64,000 bases of DNA, taken from the NCBI GenBank assembly GCA_030324005.1, contig JARDVH010000133.1, forward strand, positions 16,478,907 to 16,542,906. Direction: 5' to 3'. The notes under the pieces are model-generated. The model saw only the letters and a list, made by a program, of their open reading frames with translations, was not told the origin of the DNA and made no database searches. The DNA comes from Negaprion brevirostris (taxonomy: Eukaryota). Below are positions 38,139 to 50,025 of the stretch, piece by piece. A program made the translations under genes and the position numbers. Positions within the stretch are counted from its first letter, which is position 1. Every line of letters starts with the position of its first letter.

Positions 38139-39085
38139 CAGAGAGACCCATAGCACAGAAAAATACCCTTTTGCCCACTGTATCTGTGCCAATCAAGGAC
38201 AAACCACCTAACAATTCTAATCTCATTTTCCAGCACTTGGATGCCTTGGCATTGCAAGTGCTCATCTAAATACCTATTAAATGTTATGAGAGTCTCTGCC
38301 ATGACCATCCTTTCAGGCACTGAGTTCCACACTCCCACCACCCTCTGGGTTAAAAAGGTTTTCTCACATCCCCTTCAAGCTTCCTGCCCGAGTGCATCTG
38401 CCTCACACTTACCTGGATTGAATTCCATTTGCCACTCATCAGCCCACCTGACAGGAGGATCAGGGAGATTATATCCTCCTGTAATCTAAGGCTATCCCTC
38501 CTCACTATTTATCACCCCACCAATTTTCATATCATTTACAAGTTTACTGATCTACCCTCCAAAAATCAAGTCTAAATTATTTATATAAACCACAAACAGC
38601 AAGGGCCCCAACACTGAGCCCTGCAAGACCCCACTGGACACAGCTGTCCAGTAAAAAGACTGACAACACCAGGTCTAAACCTGGTGTTGTCAGACTTTTT
38701 ACAGTGTTTACCCCAGTCCAACGCCGGCATATCCACATCATGACTACTATCGACAGCTGTCCAGTCAGAAAAGCACCCCTCGACTACCAGCCTCTGCTTC
38801 CTGCCACGCAGTCAAATCTGGATCCAATTTGCCAAATTTCTTTGGATCCCGTGGGCTCTTACTTTCGCAATCAGACTCCCATATGGGACCTTGGTCAAAA
38901 GCCTTGCTGAAGTCCAAGCGGATTGTGTCAAATTCACTGGCTTCATCGGCACACCTGGTCACCTCTTCAAAAAATTCAACCAAGTTGGTCAGACATGACT
39001 TCCCCTTACCAAAACCAAGCTAACTGTTCTTCTGATTAATCCTTGCCTCTCCAAATGCAGATAAATTCTGGTTCTCAGATTCTCT
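38139..39085 (-). mobile_element. CR1 LINE fragment with internal deletions
   Basis: LVEFFEEVT...LDFSKAFD; VGVWNSVPERMV..ETLITFNRYLDEHL. Confidence 0.9.
38653..38752. mobile_element. 100-bp hairpin insertion with 13-bp flanking duplication
   Basis: 24-bp stem (23/24) with 4-nt loop; acagctgtccagt at 38640-38652 and 38753-38765. Confidence 0.8.
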
Positions 39086-39512
39086 CTCTAATACACATGA
39101 TCACACGGCAATTACAGCCGAGGAAAACTATTTCGGTCCCTCGGTTTATCCATCCAGATGGATAGTTTCCCGCTGATTGCAAATCCAGTCAGTAGCTTGT
39201 TAATGAAACCACAAAGATGTATAAATTGGAAACATGTATTTACTACAAACGTAATCTTGTTCATGGCTCAGTAATGCAAAACAGACAAATGAGGGAAGTT
39301 TCCGGTGTGTGCGGCGTACGCTGAAATGATAACCATATTTACAATAAACAGAGAAATTCACAAGTTAAATTAACGTTGTAAATTCTTTCTAATCAGGTCT
39401 TCAGCTTATCCAACACACCATCACCGAGGCTGATCATTACTGAACTAATCAGAGCATTCAGAAAAAGAACTGCACTGAATCCTCATTCAATCGGGAGTGA
39501 AGAGATAAGGGT

Positions 39513-39988
39513 ATAGAACGTTGGCAGTACAGCACAGGAACAGGCCCTTTGGCCCATGATGTTGTGCCGAACATGATGCCAAATTAAACTAATCCCTTCT
39601 GCCTGCCCTTAGTCCATATCTCTTGCATATTCATGTGCTTATCAAAAAGTCACTTAAGCGCCCGCTATCATGTCTGCCTCTACCACCATCCTGGTAGCGT
39701 GTTCCAGATACTTACCACTGTGTAAAAAACTGCCTCTCACATCTCCTTTGAATCTTCTCCTTGTCACCTTAAGTGCATGCCCCCTAGCATCTGACAGGGG
39801 GGGGGGGACATGCACTTGTACATTTGTAGTAAATATACAACCCTGGGAAAAAGATCCTAATTGTCAACCCTATCAGTGCCCCTCATAATTTTATAGGCGT
39901 CTATCAGGTCTCCCCTCAACCTCCACCGCTCCAGTGTAAACAACCCTAATTTGTCCAGCCTCTCCCTAGAGCTCATACACTCTAATCC
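39513..39988 (-). mobile_element. CR1 LINE 3' end
   Basis: Reverse: LGLFTLERWRLRGDLIDAYKIMRGTDRVD; 3' UTR 'gggcctgttcctgtgctgtac'. Confidence 0.9.
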
Positions 39989-40223
39989 GGTATGTATCAA
40001 TGCAGGAGAAAAAAAATGGAATTGGGTAAGTATCAAAATGCAGGAGCTGAATGTTAAAGATGTCAGTCAGGATGAGGTCATTCTTTGGAAACAAAGACAA
40101 CTTAAGATTAGTCGGGTGCCACTGCACCCTCTGGGATTTTCTTTTTCTTCATTGTAATCAGGGAATAGTTTGTAAAGGTTTCTCTTCCTGCTCCTGTATT
40201 ACCTCTGGATCCATCCACTTTCT

Positions 40224-40740
40224 TGACCACAATTTTTACAGTTGCATCATAGAAAGCATCCGTACCGGATGTAACACAGCTTGGTACAGTTCCTGCTCTG
40301 CCCAAGACCGCAAGAAACTACAAAGGGTCGTGAATGAAGCCCAGTCCATCACGCAAAATCAACCTCCCACCCGGTGACACTGTCTATAGTTCCCACTGCC
40401 TTGGCAAAGCAGCCAGCACAATTAAGGATCCCATGCCCACAGGACACACTCTCTTCCACCTTCTTCTGCCAGGAAAAAAGATACCAAAGTTTGAAAACAC
40501 GTACCAATTGACTCAGGAACAGCTTCTTCCCTGCTGCCATCAGACTTTTGAATGGACTGATCATATATTAGATTGATCTTTCTCTACCTCCTAGCTGTGG
40601 CTGTAACATTACATTCTGCACCCTCTCCTTTCCTTCTCTCCATATACTCTATGAACGGTATGCTTTGTCTGTATAGCCGCAAGAAACAGTACTTTTCACT
40701 GTATCCTGATGCATGTGACAATAATAAATCAAATCAAATC
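40224..40740 (+). mobile_element. Rex1/Babar LINE 3' end
   Basis: NFYSCIIESI..GC.TAWY.SC.AQDRKKLQRVV; tail (aaatc)3. Confidence 0.9.
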
Positions 40741-40911
40741 GTATTAGTTGTCCCTCAGCAGTGTTATTTGAACAATTGTACTGACAACAGCCAGTTCCAT
40801 CTCACTGTCACCTTTCCCAGTCCCTTCACTGTCTCGAAGTTGCCTGCTTGCTTGTTGAATGCGCTGGATGAGAAGGTTTCTCCAACTAAATATTGGGAAA
40901 ACCAAAGGTAT

Positions 40912-41048
40912 TGACCGGAATTCTCCAGCCGTTCATGCCTTACCACTGCTGCCAGTGAGGATGGAGAATTTGGCGCTTAACCAAATCTCTGTTCACTGCA
41001 GCGGCACTGGAGAACCCCGGCTGTCGGCGAGGCTGGAGAATCTGCCGC
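40912..41048 (+). mobile_element. MITE family 1
   Basis: gaccggaattctccagcc...ggctggagaat. Confidence 0.8.
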
Positions 41049-41295
41049 CGACTCCATTCCGCAGCTACTGATTGCGTCCTTCCCCCTAACAAGACTGAAC
41101 CGGACTGCTCAGAACTCTACTGTCTTATTTGATCCCGAAATGAGAATCCAACCAGTTACCGTGCCATCTCGCCGTAACCAGCCCTGTAATCTTGCCCCAC
41201 TCCACCCCTCCCTCAGCTCATCTGCTGCAGAAACCCTCAGCCATGCCTTTGTTACCTGTAAACCTGATTATCCCAATGAAGTGTCAATGCAGTGG

Positions 41296-41960
41296 AGGCA
41301 GTGGTGTTGTGACGTGTTCACTGGATCAGTAATCCAATAGACCCAGAGTAATACTCAGGGGGCCAGGGTTCGAAACCTGTCACGGCAGATGGTGCAATTT
41401 GGAATTCAAAAATCATTTGGAATTAAAAGTCTACTGATGATGATTGTCAGTGGTCAGAAAAACCCGTCTGGCTCACTAATGCCCTTCCGGGAAGGATGTT
41501 TGCGGTCCTTTCCTGGTCTGGCCTCATTTTTTTTACAATTATTTATTAGTGTCACAATTAGGCGTACATTAACACTGCAATGAAGTTACTCTGAAAATCC
41601 CCTGGTCGCCACACTCCCGCGCCTGCTCAGGTACACTGAGGTAGAATTTAGCATGGCCAATGCACCTAACCAGTACCTCTTTCAGACTGTGGAAGGAAAC
41701 TGGAGCACCCAGAGGAAACTCACGCAGACATGGGAAGAATGTGCAAACTCCACACAGACAGCAACTCAAGCCGGGAATCGAAGCTGGGTCCCTGGCGCTG
41801 TGAGGCAGCAATGCTAACCACTGTGCCCCACCGTGCTGCCGTGAATCCAGGTCCACAATAATATAGCTTGACTCTTGAATGCCCTCTGAAATCCAGCCAC
41901 TCAGCTCGAGGGCAATTAGGGATGGGTAATAAATGCTGGCCCAACCAGTGCCACCCACAA
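41296..41960 (+). mobile_element. Second tRNA SINE family, interrupted by an HE1-like SINE
   Basis: Head 41296-41523, tail 41845-41960. Confidence 0.75.
41535..41840 (-). mobile_element. HE1-like SINE, tail A
   Basis: Full head-body-tail. Confidence 0.9.
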
Positions 41961-42296
41961 TTAAAATTTAAAAAAGACATCACACACTCTACCTTCTGAT
42001 AAACCTGAGATCATCTCAACTCTGCTGCCCAAGTGCTAACTTATTCCAACTCCTCTTCACACATCAGCTCTCCATACCTGGACTATATTGGCTCTTGGAC
42101 AAGCACTGTCTCAATTTTAAATTTTTCACTCATGACGTTACTCCTTCCTATCTCCGAAACCCTGATGGGAATGGTGGAGTGAAAGACACAAGGCTGCAAG
42201 TTCTGGTAGAATCCAATTCTGCTGCTCACACATAAATGCCCAGTATTGAGCTGCTGGATCGCTCCCAAATCTATCCCAATTATCACGGTGGTAGTC

Positions 42297-42640
42297 TTTT
42301 TTTATTCATTTGTGGGACATGGGCTGGCTGCCCAGTATTTATTGCCCATCCCTAGTTGCCCGAGGGCAGTTGAAAGTCAACAACATTGCTGCGGCTCTAG
42401 AGTCACATGTAGGCCAGACCAGGTAAGGATGGCAGATTTCCTTCCCTAAAGGACATTAGTGAACCAGATGGGTTTTTCCAACAAGTGACAATGGTTTCAT
42501 GGTCATCAGTAGATTCTTAATTCCAGATATTTTTTACCGAATCCAAATTCCACCATTTGCCCTGGCGAGATTCAGAACTAGGTCCCCAGAACATTCGCTG
42601 AGTTTCTCCATTAATAGTCTAACTAGGTCATCACTTCCAC
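42297..42640 (-). mobile_element. Second tRNA SINE family
   Basis: Matches 6259-6608. Confidence 0.85.
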
Positions 42641-43225
42641 AATGGTGAAACTATTGGTCATTAGTGAGAATGCAAATTTAAGTGGGTTGCTTTCTCAGTG
42701 TAGCAGTGTGCAATAGCTGCACATTCAGCTGAGAAATTCTGAGATGTATTCCCAATTGGCTTTCACATGCATACTCTTGTAGCTTTTCGTCCTGACGCTT
42801 GTTGCTACACTTAAAGGAACAAACAAAAAGTGGCTTGACAGAAGGAGCATCTTGATGTGACTGCTAGAATGCGCAGTTTGAACCTCTGCTCAAAGTTCAT
42901 TTCTATACCAGTAACAAACACCCATCCCATTAGGAGCATCTCGTGCACCCAGCATGATGGAGAGGTGAACAAGATACAATAAAATGTGAGATAGAATTTT
43001 ACAGCACAGAAATAGACCATTAAGCACAACATTATTCTTCTGGTGATTATGCTCTTCCCACCTTCCTTCATCAGAACAATATTCTCTATTCCTTTATTCC
43101 TCATTAACTTACCCATCTCAATCACTAATTGTGGCAGAGTTCAACATTTTCACCACATTAAAATAACATTTTTATATAAGTTAAACACTCTCCATCATGA
43201 TTTCCTACCTGGATGCTTAGGTGTA

Positions 43226-43525
43226 GGGCGGCCAGTGGCACAATGGTTAACCCTGCTGCCTCACAGCGCCAGGGACACAGGTTCAATTCCCGGCTTGGGT
43301 CACTGTCTATGTGGAGCCTGTGCATTCTCACTGTGTCTGCATGAGTTTCCTCCAGGTGCTCCGATTTCCTCCCACAGTCTGAAAGATGTGCTGGTTAGGT
43401 GCATTGGCTATGCTAAATTCTCCCTCAGTGTACCTAAACAGGAACTGGAGTGTAGTGACTCGGGCACTTTCACAGTAACTTCACTGCAGTGTTAATATAA
43501 GTCTACTTCTGTCAGTAATAAATCA
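43226..43525 (+). mobile_element. HE1-like SINE, tail A
   Basis: Full head-body-tail. Confidence 0.9.
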
Positions 43526-44134
43526 ACAAAATAGTATATTCCACTGTTAGTTGACCTCAGAATTTGGTGCATTTGGCCTCAGAAAGCATACTTCAATGGA
43601 CTCTATGCTGAGGGTTGGGGAACAGGGACTTCTGATACAGGTGATCCACCACCTCAGCCACACCCTTATTACATTGATTGTCTTTGAGGTTGGCAGATTA
43701 TCAACGTTCAACAGGCATAAGCCATGTTGCATCTAAATGCAGCCTGGTGTGTTTTGGAAAAAGAAACAATATTTGTCTAAAATGGGCTGCGAATTCACTA
43801 GCGAAGACTAATTTCATCCACACAGAATATTCAAATTTAATTTGGACCTCAAAGTGGGGTCAGTAATTGTACTCCATTATGTGATTTGTCAGTGAAGTTG
43901 TAAACTCATTTTTGAAAAGTACAATTCATAATTTTGCTGCAAATATTCCACACAAGAAATTCTCTCTCAAATAACATAAATGCAAGTCACGTGACTATTT
44001 AGATGCAGCGTCTCTCACCAGTATTCAATGGGATAAATTTGTGGGTTTAATTTTCCTGGCACTGATTTGATCTTACAAGAGGCAAGTATCACAAAATTAT
44101 GGGTTCATGAATCATGTACACACTCAGAGACCCG

Positions 44135-44466
44135 ATAGGTCAATATCTTTTCCCAAAGATCGGGGAGTCTAAAACTAGAGAGCATAGGTTTAAGGTGAGA
44201 GGGGAGAGATACAAAAGCATCCTGAGGGGCAATTATTTCACACAGAGAGTGGTGAGTGTCTGGAACAAGCTGCTAGAGGTAATAGTAGAGGCAGGTACAA
44301 TTTTGTCTTTTAAAAAGCATTTAGATAATTACATGGGTATGATGGGTATAGAGGGATATGAGCCAAATGCAGGCAATTGTGATTAGCTTAGGGGTTTAAA
44401 AAAAAGGGCGGCATGGACAAGTTGGGCCGAAAGGCCTGTTTCCATGCTGTAAACCTCTATGACTCT
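44135..44466 (+). mobile_element. CR1 (HER1-like) LINE 3' end
   Basis: LFPKIGESKTREHRFKVRG...FTQRVVSVWNKL; tail 'ctctatgactct'; close to the reverse of 16296-16597. Confidence 0.9.
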
Positions 44467-45061
44467 AAATGGTGCTGGCTGCAAGCTCCACATAGGGGGC
44501 ATTAGGTGTAAAAATTAACCAGACAGATTCGACTCAATGTGTGCACAATCATGAGTTGAAAACATACCATCGGTCTATTACATGTCCTGTCATCCATCCA
44601 AAATGTCAGGGTAGTATTAACCTACTTTGCTTCAGGATCATTTCAGATGTGAAGGTGGGACTTAACTGGCATCATTCAGGCATCCATGTAATATTAGATG
44701 TCTTGGATGATAGATGCTTTTGTTGGGTGAACCTCTCCTGAATATCTGGTTTCCTGGGTCAGCAACAGCAGCAGGAGGTCAAACATGGCTTTCACAAGAA
44801 AGTAAGCTTACAAACCATCCAGACTCCAATGAATTGTCCACATGTAGCTCTTAGACAACCTGCCTTCAGGCACAATAAGAATGGAAGAATTGGGTCATGT
44901 TGTTAAAATGCAAGTACTTTATGCTGACTGTATACAATTACGCCAACATTCAAAATTATTGTTGAGTGCACACACTATCAATTCCTTTAGGGTGGATCGT
45001 TCCCTTCTGCCGATTGGCTATAACAAAGTTTTACATTAACTTTTGAGCAAACATTGATATT

Positions 45062-45189
45062 GGCCGGAATTCTCCAGCTTTGTCCACAGCTGGGATTCTC
45101 CAGCCCCACTGCTGGGAATGGAGATCTGGCTGAGTGTCAAATTCTCCGTTCTCGCTGGTAGCGACAGCGGATCGTACGACATTCTAGCC
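45062..45189 (-). mobile_element. MITE family 1
   Basis: ggccggaattctcc...attctagcc, flanked by att/att. Confidence 0.75.
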
Positions 45190-46726
45190 ATTGTCTCTGT
45201 TGGTGAGCCCAGTGATGATATTAGCTGGTCTCATGTATACTTTTTACCAAGGTAGATATGCACACAGATATACACAAATGATGAGATAAAACAAATAAAT
45301 GTTATTTTCCAACTTTTCATTGAAAAATGTACCTATTTTTCTTGCTAATCAGTTAGGGACAGAAATTATTTTCAGCTTTGGATTTGGATAATATCAAAGG
45401 TAGGCTACCTTGATATCACAAACAGCCGTGAGTAGGTCTGCCTAATTGGCAGAATACCATTGCATTTGTCTCCCAACTATGCTTTTGAGGAGAACAGAAC
45501 CTATCACTACATTCTATTAGAGAACAGGAGATCATGGGTCCATGTTCCCCAGTACACCACAAAATAAATCATTGCGGAAATGTCACTAGACTGGGAAGGG
45601 AAAATGAGCAGATACTGACCATTGACCTGCTGAAAATCAAATGTTCAACTGCAAGGGAGTTTATTAAAAGTAGATAGAGATGGTCAGATCTATGCCAAAA
45701 CTATCTGTCCCTCCTGCAAATTTGCATAATTTTACACATAAAAAGCAAAGTGCCACTTACAGACAATAGTCAGGGGTGAGGGGTGGGGGCAGGGGAGCAA
45801 TTTGTTCCTCAGACAAGCCACAATTGTTTGACATGGAATTTAATATCACTTGACATTTATATGGGCAATGATTTTATCTCGCTTGCTCCCTTTACTGTTA
45901 TAAATTTGGTTGTATTTGCCTCCAAGATGTTTTGTTTTCATTCTCCTCCCCCTTTTCCATGTTCTGCCCTCTCTCTGGGCCTATTTTGGGCCACACACCA
46001 TCACTTAGTCCAACAGGATGAGCGAGTGACCTACTCTCTGGCTTCAATCAAAGTTGCTCCTGAGTCAGACTCAGGAAGTTTGCAAGAGCCAGTCCTCTTC
46101 CTTCCTCCCTGTGGGAAGGCACCTGCCATCTGTTTGCTGTTGCTCCCATTGGCCCTGCCAAGACTGCAAAGGTATGGTGCATGGTGCGATAAGGATAGAC
46201 CCATGTTCTTCCAAATCTTGTCTCAGCAGAACGTCAACGTAATGTATTGATTAATTAAAAATCTGCAATGTTGTTGTACTGCCTGTGTGTGATTTCTTCC
46301 AACAGTTAATGTCTGTTCACAGAAGTTCTTTTATTCATCAGAGCGTGTTCTGCAGATTCCCCACAGATGTCACCAAAAACCCCAACAGATCTGACCACAT
46401 TTTCTCACAGATTTATATTGCTACAGTTCAATGTCATGTAATGTGATATCCTTTTCCTGGATGATTGTTGAGCTGAATTTCTTTTCCATAAAGGCTTTGG
46501 AACTAGTAACTTTATTTGCACTTAACAACCTGCAAGACATTCAAAGCGTATCTGATAAAATTGTATTGAAAAAAATGCTAAATGTTAACCAATGAGACTT
46601 CTGTCAAGAGAATGAACTTAGGTTCTGCAATTTTTCAGGTTTTGTATCGTTTACAGGTAGTTTTTTTATTATTTTTAATAATAAATAAATTTTAAAATCA
46701 AATTTATTTTATTTATTTTACAGGTA

Positions 46727-47040
46727 GTTTATTTATTAGTTCACAACCCAGCTTACATTAACACTGCATTGAAGTTACTGTGAAAATCCCCAGGTTGCCA
46801 CACTCCAACACCTGTTCGGGTGAACTGAGAGAGAATTTAGCATGGCCAATGCACCTAACCATCGTTCTGNNNNNNNNNNNNNNNNNNNNNNNNNNNNNNN
46901 NNNNNNNNNNNNNNNNNAACCCACACAGACATGGGGAGAACATGCAGACTCCGCACAGACAGTAACTCAAGCCACGAATTGAACCCATGTCCCTGGCGCT
47001 GTGAGGCAGCAGTGCTAACCATTGTGCCACCATGCCACCC
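46727..47040 (-). mobile_element. HE1-like SINE, tail A
   Basis: Head and tail either side of an N gap. Confidence 0.85.
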
Positions 47041-47089
47041 CACACTGTAATCACACTGTATTTATGGAAGGGAATTACTTGTCATTGTG

Positions 47090-47732
47090 AAAGAAAGAAA
47101 GGCTTGCATTTGTATAGAACCTTTCATTACCTAAGCACTTTACCACCAATTAAGTAATTTTTTAAATGTAGGCACTGTTATGAAGGAGGAAATGTGACGT
47201 ATAATTTTCAATAGCAAGTTCCCACAAACAAAAATGGATCAAGGCCAGATAATCTGTGTTTTTCCAAAGATTTAAAGTGTTTGATTTCTGGAAAGCAAAG
47301 ACTAATTTTAGCCTCTGATTTATCAGCAATACAAAATTGTCAGGTTCTTTGTTCAATTGATTGTCCGGTGCAGCATCCAATATCCTTAAATCAGTGCTTA
47401 AAACAGAAATGGAATAAGTAGTAGTGTTGGGGAGCACCCAATTAAGTTTTAGAAGAGGTTTGGGTGAGTGTTAAATATTGGGCTTAGCACTGGGAGGATT
47501 TCCTAGCTCTTCTTCAAACTAGTTGCTGGGATTTTGTACACCCATTTGAAAGGTAGATTGTACCTCAGTTAATTAACTCATCTGAAAGATGGCCCCATTT
47601 ACAATGCTGTTCCCCTTTGGCACTGCACTACTGTGTTAGCCTAGATTTTTGCTCAAGTCTCCACAAAGAAATGATGAACTCTCAGCTTTCTGTCTCAGAG
47701 GCAAGTGTGTGACCAGACGAATCTCATGCTGA
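47090..47732 (-). mobile_element. Deu-domain SINE (near full length, with an insertion)
   Basis: L2-type tail at 47090-47140, Deu core at 47480-47645, head at 47650-47730. Confidence 0.6.
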
Positions 47733-49404
47733 ACATTATCATTCTTCAGACCCTGACAGAGCTCTACTCGCTTTCTCTATAAAGCGATAAGCTGTTTTAA
47801 AGGTCCCTGAGTACTTTTCCATCTCTACTTGGTAGCACACTGGAGTTACTTCGTATATCGCCAAGTCCAAGTGATCTCCTCTGGGAAATTCTCACACCAC
47901 TTCACTCAGGAGTCGGACTGGCTCCTGCTCAAATATTTCGCTGTCACCTTTTATGAATCTATCTTACAGCGACAAAATGGTTATGTTATAAATGGACTCT
48001 GAATTGCTCATGCAATTAAGGACAGTTAGAAGGAGGAAGAACATGTTTAGAAATACATATTGTATATACAAAATGATGAAAGACATAGCTTAAGTGCCTT
48101 GATAGCAAAGAAAATGTGTTCAGCAGATAACATTGTTTGTTTCCTTTTGGTCTGTTTTGTATCCCTAAAAAAAAATTATTTCATTCTTTTTAAGTGTACA
48201 GTATTGTCTGTTCCGAGAGACTGAATTCCTCCTCATCCAACATGATTTCAAAATTTATCAAGATGTCATTGAAAAACTCAGTTAAAATTAGCGCATGGGG
48301 CTTATATGGCCTGACGTATGGCTCACTATTCTGCTGATTATATTTAAAGTGTTGCTTAGAGTACATTCGGTGAACTGAGCAAGACTATGATTCATTGGCA
48401 ATAACATCAAAACATAAGACTTTTTCCAAAACTTAATCGGATGCATCCCAACAAAATTATTTGTTCCATATGTGTCTCAAATAATGTGATTTAAGGATTT
48501 TGGACAATTGCATTTGAACAATAACTTGAGCTATAAATCTGCTAGTTTTGTGTTGCTGATAAATCACTTTACATCTTTAGTGTCTTGAGCATTATGCACC
48601 TAGGGAAAACATTTATTTAATTTTAATCTTTTACTTGCAATAATTAGTCAAATCTTCATATAACTTTTAATGTAACTTTTGACTTAAAGTTGGAATAGTC
48701 AGCAGTAAATATTGATGGAGGCAGAGAATCTCACTTAAAGATATGTCAAGAGGCTACAGAATGCAAGACCTCCTTTCAGTCAGAACTATGTTAAAAAGTA
48801 ATTGTGAATAATATAGTTGAAGAAAGGCATTTGCTTGCAAGGAAAAGTAGCTAGAGTCAACAAACTCTTAAGTATAGCGGACATATTATAATAACATTTC
48901 AGAGGGACCAAGGATGTTGTTATGTTTCCTTGTTTTGCTTGTGCAGATTTGCTGAGCACAGATACTTTCTGATATAGTCCTGTCTGTTTTAAGTAGAAGA
49001 GTTTTGTCTTGGGAACTTCTGGAGAAATTTTAGAAATACCACACTTTGGCATACATATGTGTGAGCTTATTTGACATATATTCCATCCAGTATTGTATGT
49101 GGAAACAAGAAAATCCACTGTCCACAAAACACAATTTATTATACATTTTTAAAATAAAATTACTGAATGATACAAAAATGAGACACACGTCTTAACATCG
49201 AAGTTCCATAACATGACGTTCAGCAAACTAACTTGTTCGTGTAAGTTTGTGTAACCAATTAAAATACAAAATCATAGAACCCATGGTCACCGATCATCTT
49301 CATATTAAGTCAGTTTAAAAGATTATTTTGTGACAGGGATCTCTTACTGTCATGTTAAATATTTCTACTAATAATCTAGCAATCAGTCCGAAAACAGTCC
49401 AAAA

Positions 49405-49546
49405 CACATGGTGGGTAGGTGCATTGGCCATGCTAAATTCTGTGTCTGTATACCCAAACTGGCGGCAGAGTGTGGTGACTCGGGGATTTTCACAGTAACT
49501 TCATTGCAGTGTTAATGTAAGCTTACTTGCTATACTAATAATAAAT
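49405..49546 (+). mobile_element. HE1-like SINE 3' half, tail A
   Basis: Body end and tail only. Confidence 0.8.
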
Positions 49547-49720
49547 AATCATTTTATACCATATTTCATTAAAATTAAGCATAAAATAAGCACAACTGGC
49601 TCCAATTTTCACTCCCCAAAATTTTATGAAATTGTTTAGGAATGGAATAACATATGTAACAAGCATATGTGATGCTTGAATAGACAGTGCAATTCAGATA
49701 AAGGTGAAGGGAAGTTAACG

Positions 49721-50025
49721 GGTGGCATGGTGGCACAGTGGGTAGCACTGTTGCCTCACAACGCCAGGGACCCGGGTTCAATTCTGCCCTTGGCTGACTG
49801 TCTGTGTGGAGTTTGCATATTCTCCCCATGTCTGCGTAGGTTTCCTTCGGGTGCTCCGGTTTTCTCTCACAGTCCAAATATATGGGTTAGATGGATTGAC
49901 CATGGTAAATTGCCCCCTACTGTCAGGTCATTAGCAGGCTAAAGAGGGGGATAGGGCCTGGGTGGGATTGTCATCAGTGCAGGCTCGATGGGTCAAATGG
50001 CCTCCGTCTGCATTGTAGGGATTAT
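49721..50025 (+). mobile_element. HE1 SINE, tail B (CR1/HER1-derived)
   Basis: Ends 'gcaggctcgatgggtcaaatggcctccgtctgcattgtagggatt'. Confidence 0.85.

Larger units (their letters stand above)
36993..40220 (-). pseudogene. Ancient L1-clade LINE ORF2 relic (RT through C-terminal zinc-binding region), split by younger LINEs; 38138-37001 nearly open
   Basis: Collinear L1-like motifs: NPRGCSGTRLI (~DP..C.SYRPI), DLILTDIFNIQL, ISAYAAH (~ISLYADD), FAISG.L.IW.DK, IVFLG, KLSHTLHSW, NPLCTAAVK, MFAPGL, KGPVTELY, FKPIHSAC..CGH..ILH..Y, DPLCHLCEETPA. Confidence 0.6.
40770..42260 (+). mobile_element. L2 LINE relic split by a MITE and two SINEs
   Basis: WMRRFLQLNIGKT; LSSSAAETLSHAFVTCKPDY.N; NSAA.VLT...HI. 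Confidence 0.75.

Noticed and set aside
48786-49127. 113-aa minus-strand ORF
   Set aside because: No recognisable motifs and no convincing donor; left uncalled
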